This document shows, piece by piece, positions 51,984-64,000 of a stretch of 64,000 bases of DNA. Below the pieces are notes generated by a model, which saw only the letters and a list, made by a program, of their open reading frames with translations, searched no databases and was not told the origin of the DNA. Where the stretch lies: the NCBI GenBank assembly GCA_964016885.1, contig OZ024740.1, positions 383,842,001 through 383,906,000 of the forward strand. Direction: 5' to 3'. Origin of the DNA: Eledone cirrhosa (Eukaryota). A program made the position numbers and the translations under genes. Position 1 is the first letter of the stretch; each line of letters starts with the position of its first letter.

Positions 51984-52117
51984 TATTAAAATAAGAGATT
52001 AAATTTTAAGTAAAGAATCGATGCTTTCACCCTTAACGGGATCTTCTGAGTTTCAGAAGATCCCGTTAAGGGTGAAAGCAGCGATTTTTGCTTAAACTTT
52101 AATCTGTTATTTTAATA
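51984..52117. repeat. Short palindrome with HHR-like CAGAAGA..GAAA core (single arm also at 12544-12613)
   Basis: Arms 51984-52049 and 52053-52117. Confidence 0.75.
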
Positions 52118-52191
52118 TATATATATATATATATAACAGGCCTTTCCGCAGCTCATCTCTTAGGTTGAACTGCAGTCTTGTGTCAAGACAT

Positions 52192-52261
<70 letters not shown>

Positions 52262-52498
52262 GAAAGAATAGAGGTTTAACACACAAGTTATTATATATTG
52301 GTAAACGGAATAAAAAATGCTGACAAATTGTTCACAGTTGAAAAATGGTTTAATTAGGAATAAAAGAGTATTAGTGATTGTATGCGTTAGTATTCAGTTG
52401 TGGTTTTAAGTTTTTAAGTTTTTACCGCTTGCGCATTTCTAAATGCTTTTCAAAAATAATTTTGAGATAGAGTATCCGTGTTGTTTGCTCTGATCAGA

Positions 52499-52567
<69 letters not shown>

Positions 52568-53167
52568 TGTATACATATATATATATACAATATACACATA
52601 TATATATATACATATATATATGTATATATATATATGTGTATATATATATACATATATATACATATATATATATATCAATCTCTTGACACAAGACTGTAGT
52701 CCAACCTAAGAGATGAGATTCGGAAAGGCCTGTTTCACAAACGGCGACCACACCATTTCAGCCTTTAGGCAGAACATCTGGAGATGATGCAGCTTCAGCG
52801 AATGTTTACGCATCATTAGACAAGGCCCCAGAGTCCTATAGTGGGGGCTAGCAGCGGATAGATCGCATGATCAACGGAAACTGTTCCCTCTGGTGACAAT
52901 TATAAATAGAATCTAATTTGTTCCATGTCAAATGCAACGGCGACTGTAAATATACTTCCGTAGCATCAAGTGGATTGAAATTCTTAGAAAATGTAGATCT
53001 TAAACGCAGAAAATAACCAACAAAATTGACTGCTATAAATAACCCCATAGGATCTCGCATATATAACTCTATAGGTAGTAACCAGCATCTAGAACTTACA
53101 AATATATGTATTTATTTATATATATACACACATATATATGTATATATATATATATTATATATACATA

Positions 53168-53343
53168 TAATTGCTTTTACTTTTTGGCACAATGCCATCA
53201 ATTAATCCAGTGCAATACTGGTACTTTATTTTATCGACGCCGTAAGGATGAAATGCAAAGTTAACCTCGACGGATTTGAACTCAGATCATAAAGGGCCAA
53301 GCATGGCGTCCGAACCTCTACCGATATTGCCAATCCACCGCCC
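53168..53343 (-). mobile_element. SINE family A
   Basis: Reverse complement of the 56793 copy. Confidence 0.8.
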
Positions 53344-53724
53344 TATATATATATACATCTAATGTCTATTTTTCAATAGACATAAAATGTGCGACAGTTA
53401 ACCATCATCTATATGTTCTTCTCACAGTTACCACTAACACAACAATAAACCATAATGTCAGTGCCGCATTCAATTTTTTCCCCCAAAAATACACAATCGC
53501 CTTAACGCCAATTCATCGATCGCTACAAACATCCTTACCACTTATACCACTACCAGCACTGCTCACACTAACAGTACAACACTTTCCACGGTTAATATCG
53601 TTTCGAATATATTCTCTACAAAAATCAAAGCATCGTGGCCATAGTGATATGTGGAGTCGTATCGTGGTACTGGGAGTGGAGACATAGGTGTAGTGATGTG
53701 GTAATATGTTTGATGAACAAGCGT

Positions 53725-53807
<83 letters not shown>

Positions 53808-53896
53808 CAAAGAGAATGTCGCTCATTATGAACACACATAATTATCAACATTTACTGTTATGAAAAATCTTAGACTCACAATAAGTATTGTATGTG

Positions 53897-53938
<42 letters not shown>

Positions 53939-53972
53939 CACGCATACAAATACACACACCAATACAAATACT

Positions 53973-54005
<33 letters not shown>

Positions 54006-54434
54006 TTATGTGTGTGCGTGTGTGTGTGTGTGTGTACATACATGTGTGTGTACATGTGTTCATCTGTCGATGTGTGCCTTTCTGTATTTATGTTTACTGA
54101 TCTAAAACCAGTCGTGTGTAAAAAGGCGTAACGATTCTAAAAATATAAATCGATAAAATACGTACCAAACTGAAACATGTAATGGGTGTCGATATGATCG
54201 AGTAGAACACTTGAAAGCAGTGACCCAGCGTAGCGGTAGTGTAATGACCTAGACCAGTAAAGAAAATTTGTGTTTGTGTGTGTTTTATACTCGTGGAGTC
54301 AGGGGTTACTGAAATATATTTACATATTCGCAATGTGTGTGTGTGTGTGTGTGTCACAAATAGATATATGCGAAACATACACCAGCCCACACCCACACAA
54401 ACACACACATGCTTACACACCCAGACAAACACAT

Positions 54435-54493
<59 letters not shown>

Positions 54494-54565
54494 TACATAC
54501 ATAGAGAGAGTGAGAGTAGGGGTAGGCGTTATCTATACACCGACACGCACACGAACACCCCCCCC

Positions 54566-54613
<48 letters not shown>

Positions 54614-55038
54614 TGAAAATAATGAAATTAAACAACAAACGGTTAATTCATAGTAAAACTCATTATTTTACGATCGTTTCTGGGGGATAGTTCCCCGTAT
54701 GTCCATTCCCTCTCTCTCTCTATATATACATATATATATATATATTGTTATACTTGGGGAAGGTCATATTTTTGTAATAATATTGCCAGAAATAATAACA
54801 AAATACACTCACTGTTCAGTTGGTTTTCGCCTCTGCATCTTTTATATCTCCATAGTTAATTTATTTGGCAATCAATGATTATCATTGACTGACCTACGGT
54901 TAAAAATACAGACATAAATATATATACTGTATATATAGGCCAACAAAGTTCTTTAGTTGCACATATGCAACATCATCTGTGGTACTATTATCATGTTTCT
55001 TCCTATTGTGTTGTATTGTAAGTCCCGCCATTTCTATT

Positions 55039-55069
<31 letters not shown>

Positions 55070-55274
55070 TGTTTGTCTTCGACTCTGCGCATGCGTTTGC
55101 GTATAATGTTTGGTGTGTGTGTTCGCGTTTGGGTGTATGTGCTTTGGTTTTTGTATTCTATCTTTGTTTACTAGTGTGTGTTTGTGTGTTTGTTGTTATT
55201 GTACTTGTGTATATATTTATGTATTTATTTATATTTTTCTTAAGTCACTATTGTTTGTTTGGATATTGTTGTTG

Positions 55275-55712
55275 TTGTTATTCCGTTCGTTTTTTCTGTT
55301 TAACTTTCGTTTTCTAAGCTCTATTTCACCCGCTTCTCTGATTTGCCTACCTGTTGGGTCATTTCTATGTTTAGATATTATTTTGATTTCTATGTTGTCT
55401 ATATTACCGTCATGTTTTCGTCTGGCGTGTTCGTATAGTACTGAACCGTTTGCTTGTCCTTTTAATCCCCCCCCCCCAGCGTTGGTCTATTCTTTCTCCT
55501 ATGCTTCGAGCTGTCTCACCTATGTATGTTGTTGTCATGTTTCTGCAAGTACCCCCTGTACATCTTATGCTATAGACTACATTTCTAGTTTTACAGTTTA
55601 TCTGGGGGTTCACTTTACATATAACACATTTCGTATTAGTACAGTGGGTTTTCTTAAAAGGATATGTTTTTCTGATCAGGGATTTTATGGTACTTCCTGG
55701 CTTTTCTACCAC
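55275..55712 (-). pseudogene. GIY-YIG endonuclease of a third, 5'-truncated PLE
   Basis: C..C.IC..CKTRNVVYSIRC..YIGETARSIGER, frameshift at a G-run, then SVLYEH..RQIREAGEI..LNRKNE. Confidence 0.85.
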
Positions 55713-56339
55713 TTTAATATTTAAGTGGGTCTTAAGAAGGTTAATTTATAATCTCCTAAGATGGAAACTTTCACTTTCCTGATACAGGAAAGATATCTAT
55801 CTGATTGTATTTCAATTCAAACTTAAGCAACGCAAAAAGTTATCCAACATATGTATGTTGTCCCTCTTTTCTGAACTAAACAAAAATATGTAACAAAATT
55901 TGAAATATCAATGCCTTCGACCAGCCCTATTGGAAAGTATATACCAGATGGTGTAATATGCAATCCTAAAGGTTCTGCAATATAATTCATTTCACGTGAT
56001 AGTGGATTGTTACTGATAGATACAGCTAATTTTTCAGCAGATTTTAATCACGCATAGTTTGGACAACATCCAAATAGATTAGAAATGTGAATTTTTCGTC
56101 TAATGTTCGCGGTAGTTTCTCGTTTGTCACACAATATGCAGTAATTTTTGACGAAAATAAAGCTTTCTCATTAACAACTGAAAACGACATGGCGCCTTTA
56201 CTGATGACAGTAGATCTTGTTTCTTCTATTAGCAATATTCCAATTGAATCCACCCATTTAAAAAACGAATTGCATGTATTTCTCATTGTAGTGCCTTAGT
56301 ACAATCTTCGTTGTATTAGCTGTCCTAAATTATATCAAA

Positions 56340-57070
56340 CTAGCAGAAAAACCACCCTTCGGGTGGTTTTCCGCAAGCAAGTGTAGTGTGTAGATTGATA
56401 TTATACGCAACTATATATACATGTAGATATGATACATCAAATAAAATCGTAATTGACGATATAAACCGAAATTGAAGACGACGTTGTTACACTGTCTTGT
56501 GTAATCAGTAACGTAATCCATGATACATTAAAAAAAGACGATATTATATATAAACTGCATTAGGAGAAAATTAGTATGTTTATTTAAGTGATCGCCACCG
56601 AAAGTGTTGACATCACACACTCTGTCTTTCTATATATATGGTAGTTGAAGTGGTGGTGGTGGCAACGATATACCGGAAGTGCAACTGTGAAAAGAAGTCA
56701 ATTTTCAATTATTTATTTTTACGAAATTATTTCTGTTTAGAAATTTAGTAGATAAATTATGTAATATTCATTCATTATTTATTCAAAGTAATGGCGGTGG
56801 ATTGGCAGTATCGGTGGAGGGTCGGACGCCATGCTTTCCAAACATAGTTACGTCCCTTTACGATCTGAGTTCAAATCCCGCCGAGGTTGACTTTGCCTTT
56901 CATCCTTACGGGGTCGATAAAATAAAGTACCAGTAATGCACTGGGTGATTGCTGGCCTTATGCCTAAAGTAGAAACAATTATTTATTCAAAGTAATCCAA
57001 CTTATTTTAGTAACGGGATAAAAATAAAACCGTACGCAGTCCCGCAGACCTTCCTTTATTATAGTTTAGA
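56340..57070 (-). mobile_element. Non-autonomous Helitron carrying a nested SINE
   Basis: Minus strand A|TCTAAACTATAATAAAG ... hairpin aaaaccaccc/gggtggtttt ... CTAG|T. Confidence 0.75.
56793..56977 (+). mobile_element. SINE family A, full length, 19-bp TSD
   Basis: TSD attatttattcaaagtaat at 56774-56792 and 56978-56996; A and B boxes present. Confidence 0.9.
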
Positions 57071-57156
57071 TTATTTTCATTAGGTTAGTATCATTCATAA
57101 GGTTGGTGGAAGTAGTGTTTTCTTCTGTACCTGTTGAAGTTGATGCACAGTACCGA

Positions 57157-57348
57157 ATAATTGTTTCTACTTTTGGCACAAGGCCAGCAATCACCCCAGT
57201 GCATTACGGGTACTTTATTTTATCTACCCCGCAATGATGAAAGGCAAAGTTAACCTCGGCGGGATTTGAACTCATAACGTAAAGGGCTATAACTCTATGC
57301 TACAAAGCACGATGTCCAAAGCTCTACCGACTCTGGCAATCCACCGCC
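57157..57348 (-). mobile_element. SINE family A
   Basis: Reverse complement of the 56793 copy. Confidence 0.85.
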
Positions 57349-59780
57349 TAATAATGTACCTAATAATAAATACAGCTCGGTAATTTACTACAGTTATGGC
57401 ATTTCTACTATTCAGATGTGACTTTAGTATCTTCCTTACTGTTCTTATATATTCAAATCTTATCAATTCCTTCATTTTATTCACCTTGATGTTATTTGCT
57501 TCCAGAACACCTATATCACTCTACGGTGTTGATCTCTATTATCATCTCCTCCATCGGTATCTCGGTAATCAATAGCGATCTGATGTTGTCCGCCTCTTTG
57601 AACATTTCCAGACAATTGGATATACAAGAATGAACGACTGTGTCGAATGCCTTCTTGTAATCTATCTATCCCATACAAGACCAATATGCCTTCTCTAGCA
57701 TTTCTTTATTATCATTTTGTCAATACGTAACTGGTATGTTCATCTGATAATAGGTTGTTTGTGTCAAGGTGATGGTAGATTTCCTCAGACATAATGAATT
57801 GCAGATTAAAGATTCCATACCAATCTTTAAGTCTCGTTTTATCATCCATTCCCATATGCTAATTCTATCAACATGAGCACACTTTTCTCGTATAAAATGG
57901 CCACGCATTGTCTTTCCGCTCTGCTTTCAAGCTTTTCATCATTTGTCTTCTTTTTGTATTTCTGATTTTGATGCAGGTTTCATATTTCATTCCCTAGGAT
58001 CGTTTCACATACAAGAAAGTAATTTAGCAGTATTTCCAAAATATCACCCTAACCTATTGTCTTCACTTCCTATAAAGTCTTCACATACAATAAAGCCGCG
58101 TACTCCCATAATCCTTGGTATATATAGTCTATCAATATTAATTCTCGGGTGTAATGCACCAAATACAACCATAAACTTCCAGTTCAACACTCCAGTACAC
58201 ACAACACTCTTTCGTAGTACACACAAAGCTTAGATGTTCACAGTCAGACTTTTATTTCTTCTATTCAAAGCTGACTTTAATACTAACTTCAATTGCCTCA
58301 AATAGTCTGTCTCAAACTTCATCATTTGCCCTTCGTTCATTTTATCAGCTTCCAGTATTCCTAGATGTTTATATTCTGCATTCTCAACATCTCTCATGAG
58401 TTGGCCATCCACCAACATAATCTCATCAATTACTATTACCTTTCCTTCTTTCTTATCAATATTTCACTTTTGTTGATTCCAAATTACATTCCTATATCAT
58501 TAATGAATATGTGTACGATATTGACGAATGTATCAATCAGACCTTAGTGTTTTTACAAACATCATAAGAATATATGATTGATCCTTACATTCTATCTATC
58601 CATTTTATAACCTAAAGCTGTTTTTCGCAGCAGAAAAGACAATAGAACCATACATAACACAAAGCACAACGGTGAAAGACTGTCACATTGGAATATACCT
58701 CTCATGATTTTCACTTCTCCAAGAGCCTTACAAGATGATGCAAGCTCTGTTTTCCATCTACTACTAATAAATTCCACTATGCTATTTGTAACACCAAATA
58801 GAGCAATGCATTCCATAATCCAGGAGTTCGGTACAATGTCGTAAGCTTTTTATACTCTACCCAAGCCATTGCTAAGTTGTCATGTCTCCTTCTACAATTT
58901 TCCAATAGCATTTTGTCCTCCGCTGTCCTTCCTACACCCTATATGTTCACCTGGTAATATTTCTTCTCTATCGTGAAACTGATAAATATCTTCTGTAACA
59001 ACACTTATCAATTTCCAAATTAGTGGGCGAAAGATTTCCACAGCATTTCCCGATGGTAGGTCTTTCAATCACAAAAAGAGTTCTTCCCCGAGTCATCTAA
59101 TTTGGAATATCCTGTTCACTATCCAGTATGTAATTCATTCCAATCGCATTTCTACTGTGCAGAGCCAGAAACCATGAACACCGTCAGGCCCTGGTAACGT
59201 TCATTTGGGTATTTACCTGCATTGTGATGCTATCATCTCTCTTGTAATTTTGGTGATGTGCTGTTTACTATACCTTGTTTCTCTGAGTTTCTTCATTCAA
59301 ACTGTTTCACTGTTATGTTCTTTCTCCACACCCCATATTCTATTTCATATTTTCTTTATTGTATCTTCGTTGGGGATGAGTTCATCATATGTCATCTCAT
59401 CAGTTTATTATTGATAAACCTTTTTATCTGTTCGACGTTAAATGTTATGTTTAATCTAGATTTCTTTATGGAATTTATTCCATAGATGTGTCTATTTCTT
59501 TTCTTTTGGTGTTGTATTTCCTTTCTATTGCTTGATTCTTTCCAATTTTAATATGAGCCCCTTATTTCTTCTTTCCAGAATATTCAAATCCTTTCTCAGC
59601 AAATGCAAGTCACCGTGTATTCTATTCTTCCGCCATAGGTTTTTATGTTGTGATGTTTTCGTTGTATTATATATTTCTCTTTTCTTTGCATGCTTTTATT
59701 TTTTCGGTGATGATTATCATGTTATTCTTTCCTTTCAAGAAATCATCTTTATTCAAATATAAAATGTTTGTAATAACGTT
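57349..59780 (-). pseudogene. Decayed R4/Dong-like non-LTR retrotransposon RT (two fragments)
   Basis: PGPDGVHGFWL, RGIFQCDSLSPLCF, YKHLGILEAD, ALHPRINIDRLYIPR..GVRG; a second IDYKKAFDTV near 57650. Confidence 0.8.
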
Positions 59781-60379
59781 ATTTCCAAGATTTTCTCGCT
59801 TCACATTATTTGAAGGCTAACAAACATTGTCATCTACAAACATTTTCAACTTGAAGTCCCCCTCTCTTTGCAATGTAATATTGCCCTCAATTTTTCTCTT
59901 CATGTACAAGAGCCCAAAATTAGCTCATTTATGCCACTAATGTTTATTGTTCACACATATTCAATCAACCGATTCATCTGTGTTGCCACTGCTGGCAATT
60001 AACCTTGATCCAACCTTTTTAAATGCCTTTGTTGTGCTGTACGCCGTTTTCATTAGTTCTTCCTACTCTTCTTTTGACAGTTGTTCATCTCATTTCTATA
60101 AGCTCTGCGTCATCCCATGTCGTTTCGCCGTCACATGTTGGTATGAATTCTTCTTTACTCCTATCTTCGGGAATTTTCCTACTTGCTCTCTTTAACACTA
60201 AGTCAATAAACCATCCGTTTATTATCATCCTGGCCTGATCACATAATCATTGTTCGGTGGCTCGAAGCAACACCATATTTCTTCAGGCTCAGTGTATTCG
60301 CTGTCTATATATTTTAATGTTGAACGACATTTTCGTTAATGGTCATCAATCTTGGCTAATGACCGAAACAATACGCTCG

Positions 60380-60745
60380 CCAAAACAGGCGGCCGAGATG
60401 AGGTTCTCCGAAGGGTCTTTGGAGTAACCTTACTCGATAGTGCGTAGCTCAGAGATAGGAGAGTCACTCCAAGTATAACCCCTAACTTCTTTGAATTGAG
60501 AAATCATAGCTTCGAAACTATGAACATGTGGTTAGAATGTCACTGGAAAGAATCGCTGGATAGATTTTACGGACAAAACCAACTAGCAGGAGACCCCAGA
60601 GCAAGATCGTTGCATAACATCCATGCATTTTCCTGGTCTCGCTTGGAGATCCAGCCCGATCAGTTGGAATCGGTTGCTTCGGACAGGACTCGCTGGAAGG
60701 ATTGTTTGAAGATTCTGCCTCCAAGACCTTCCCGGAAATAAGTGC
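60380..60745 (+). pseudogene. RTE-clade LINE 3' remnant
   Basis: Frameshifted QAAEMRF..GVTLLD..VRSSEI.ESL..HVVRM. Confidence 0.7.
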
Positions 60746-60784
60746 GCGAAGCAGAACGTTTATATCGGAAAAAACATTCCATTT

Positions 60785-60955
60785 ATTGGCCCTTTACATT
60801 CTGAGTTCAAATACCGCCAAGGTTAGCTTTTCCTTTCATCCTTACGGAGTCGATAAAATAAAGAACCAGTAATGCACTTGGATCGATTCCATCGAATTCC
60901 CCTCCTCTTCAAATTGTTGGCCTTGTGCCTAAAGTAGAAACAATTCTTATTATTA
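60785..60955 (+). mobile_element. SINE family A, 5'-truncated
   Basis: ctgagttcaaat..ctttcatccttacggagtcgataaaataaa..ggccttgtgcctaaagtagaaacaatt. Confidence 0.75.
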
Positions 60956-61429
60956 TTTTCGATTGAAGTCTAATCCACGTTCCGTATCGGTTCCATGTAA
61001 ATTTCGATAATATTTTATTTTGTCATCGACTTCAATGTTTTGATCGAGTTTTTATTCTTAACATATGTATCAGGAGGAAACCCCTAAATCTATATCTGGA
61101 AGGACACCCCTGCGGGTCTGTCCTGTCTTTGAAATTATGAACATTTACTTTTTTGTCGTAGTCCAGTTTTTAATATGTATACCTTGAAGAGATAGCGACA
61201 TGATATCGCTAAGAAAGAGGGATGGCAAAATGAAACGTTTTTGTACATGACAGCGTCGGTCATCGATAACATAAGTGAAGAGAGGATATCATGGAAATGG
61301 CGTTATTTTAAAGGAAATATACATTTGAGTAACGAAGATCTCTTGAATAGAACCAATAACATAAACAGCATTAACAAAAACAAAAAACAAAAACAAAAAT
61401 ACAACAACAGCTGTAACATTGAAATGAAC

Positions 61430-62560
61430 TTTAACATTTCAGGAACTGTCCCTGAAAGCTCTAGCAGAGGTAGAGATCGTGAAGATTCCATCCGTCATCT
61501 ACTGCCGCCATGTTGACTTTCTTGCCCCGGTCCTTGTGTGGTTTTATGAGAGCGCCCACACTTCTGCATTTAGTGAAGGACAAGTGTCAATGGTTAACCG
61601 GCCCATCTGCTGTCAACCTTCGCTGCGAGGAGGACTGGACATACCCTGACTGAGGATGTCCAAACATGTTCTGAGGCTACGTCATCCCAAGCGTTTCCTT
61701 GGCGGGGAAAAGTTGTGATCACCTTTCGCTAGAAACGTATTTCCGCAACTTGTATTCTTGATGGAGCTGCAGTGGTGGGTGACGCAACAATTGAGTGGGA
61801 GCGCTTGGAAATTAGAATGGCTTCAAACACTCACATCTTTCCGCCAGTTGAGCACTGTGATTGTTGGTAAATTCACCTTGGAGTTTTATGGAAGATAGGT
61901 AGCGCGGAAAAGCGACGAGGTTCTTGGGGAGACTTTATGCGTCGAAGATGAGCAACTAGCCTCTATCTTCCGAAAAGTTTTCGCTCGGAGCCTATGGATA
62001 AATTCCAGAATTACCTGACATGACAGTGCTCCCAGAATGCTTTGCAAGTTCGATATAAGCATTACAGTCATGGGAGTGCCGTCCATCGAGCATGCCCGAG
62101 ATACGCACAGGGTGATTAAAGCATCATGCACGTATTCGTTCACCACCCGAATGATGACAAACATGTAGAACAGATTCTGCTATGAAATGAATCCATTGTG
62201 ATGATTGCTCTGTCACCTTCCCTTAACTCGGATGGTCAGCTAGTGTTTATAAGCGAAAGAGGTTGTAAGGTGGCCGAGATTAAAGGACGTGAAGAGAAAG
62301 ATTTTCCTCTTTGGCGAATCATCTATCAACTGTTTCAAATTTCACTTCGTGAGGAAAATCAAGGCCAAGAGGTTAGTGTTGAATTCTCGGCATTTTGCTG
62401 AAAAGTGGATGAAAGTAGCAAGTATGGTCCCTGCGAACGGGCCTGCCCTGAGAATACGCCTGTAAATAGTGGCTAAAGAAGTCAGAGCAAACATGGCTTT
62501 ATGGCGTTTGTCCACGAGTAGTCTTCGGACGTCTCCTCCCTACTCCGGAATAATTATTGG
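61430..62560 (-). pseudogene. Highly decayed LINE fragment, probably RTE-like
   Basis: GC-elevated tract with weak remnants (KFETVD, YLGH, KAFWE); no clean frame. Confidence 0.35.
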
Positions 62561-62753
62561 TAGCATTCTATTGTTACATTCCTTTATTATTACATAACTT
62601 GTTTATCTGCAAAGCCCACACAAGAAAATACACATATACACACACATTCAGTGTTTTGTTATGCGCTGTTTTAATGTTTTCCTTAATGTAAACACTTTGA
62701 AGTCATTATTATTAATTTGTTATGATTATCATCATCATCCTCAACATCATCAA

Positions 62754-62754
<1 letters not shown>

Positions 62755-62801
<47 letters not shown>

Positions 62802-62802
62802 C

Positions 62803-62836
<34 letters not shown>
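62755..62836. repeat. (ACT)n immediately followed by (AGT)n, a foldback microsatellite
   Basis: Seen directly. Confidence 0.95.
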
Positions 62837-64000
62837 AACTTTTTTATTCTCGAAGGAGTACGTATATATATTTGCTGCTCATACGTTTATCGCTTTGTTC
62901 TTCAGAACGGAAGAGTGCATAACAAGCTTTGCAAACACACATAACATATACCCAGTCAAACATCCAAAAGCGTATAGAGCATTCTGAAACACTATATATA
63001 TTGACTAAGTCAGCTTCTTTATAGGAAGCACTGAGAATATATCTGAACGAATCATGTTAGTGTGCGTGTTTCTGTGTATATGTGCATGCAAGCATTTATG
63101 TATGTATACGTATAGCTTGAGTACGTTATACATTATAACTTTGGAAACTGTTATCTCTAGAGGGTGCATATATATATATATATATATATATGAGTGTGTA
63201 TGAATGCGTGAGTGTGTATGAATGTGTGAGTGTATATAGTTCTAAGTAGGTTATTTGTGCGTTTGTGTGTATTGCAATGAAAGTAAGATTCTTAACTTGA
63301 CTTTTTGACGAGACATGAAAGATTTACCATTCAATAAATTCTCAGTGACTACGAACTAAATAAAATAACAAAAAAAATAAACAAATAATAAAATAGGTAA
63401 ATAAATAAATAACATATATAAAAGGATACAGCACATAGCCGAAACATAAAGATGACAAAATAAAGTTGTTAAAAAATAGTATCGATTCTTCATGCATACA
63501 TATATACATTCTGTGAAGGGTTTATAGAAAAGTAAAGCAAGGCACCAACTTCACTATGCTACGCATTGCATATGGTGGTGTGTTATAGGGGGTGCTGTCT
63601 GTGATCTGTGATATACCACACAACGCCACTGGGAATGATAATGATGATTAATGGTAATGATGAATAGAAGGATAGGTTGGGAGCGGAAGTGTGGAGGTTG
63701 TACCGTTTTGGCAATAGTGATGATTTTGTTTGTATTTGTGGTGATGGGGTGATTGATGATAGTTATAAACAATTTGTGATAGTGGTGCTGTGTGAGACAA
63801 TATTGATATAATGTATTATGATGAGAAAATGATAATGATGTTGATGATGAGGAGTTGGAAGATCAGGAAAAAGGCTGAGGTAGAAGGGAAGGACGCAGGT
63901 TGGCCTAGGGGTGATTCTGTTGTTGGTGTTGGTTTTAATGATGACAACAACGTTAATGATGATGATGATGACGATGATAATAATAAGGATAATAACTATT

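Overview
AT-rich, microsatellite-saturated animal genomic DNA; the SINE families suggest a cephalopod (Octopus-like), which is an inference. Nearly all long ORFs in the supplied track are (TA)n/(CA)n artefacts and no host gene is firmly supported. The real content is mobile DNA. (1) An intact Penelope-like element (PLE; RT + C-terminal GIY-YIG, ORF 42541-44982) with pseudo-LTRs, an inverted 5' copy and a hammerhead ribozyme (HHR) with a 116-nt stem II. (2) A disrupted related PLE at 878-5983 and two further GIY-YIG remnants. (3) Several non-coding HHR-bearing families: tandem 310-bp and ~422-bp retrozyme-like arrays and short palindromic solo-HHR inserts. (4) A 290-bp tandem family with a tRNA-like cloverleaf and no HHR. 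Almost all of these sit in (TA)n tracts as two divergent arms with 3' ends pointing outward, which suggests one PLE-driven, TA-targeted, two-ended insertion system with many RNA passengers. Also present: tRNA-derived SINEs, two non-autonomous Helitrons and decayed L1/Tx1, R4/Dong-like and RTE LINE fragments. All RNA folds were done by eye and none is computationally or experimentally confirmed.
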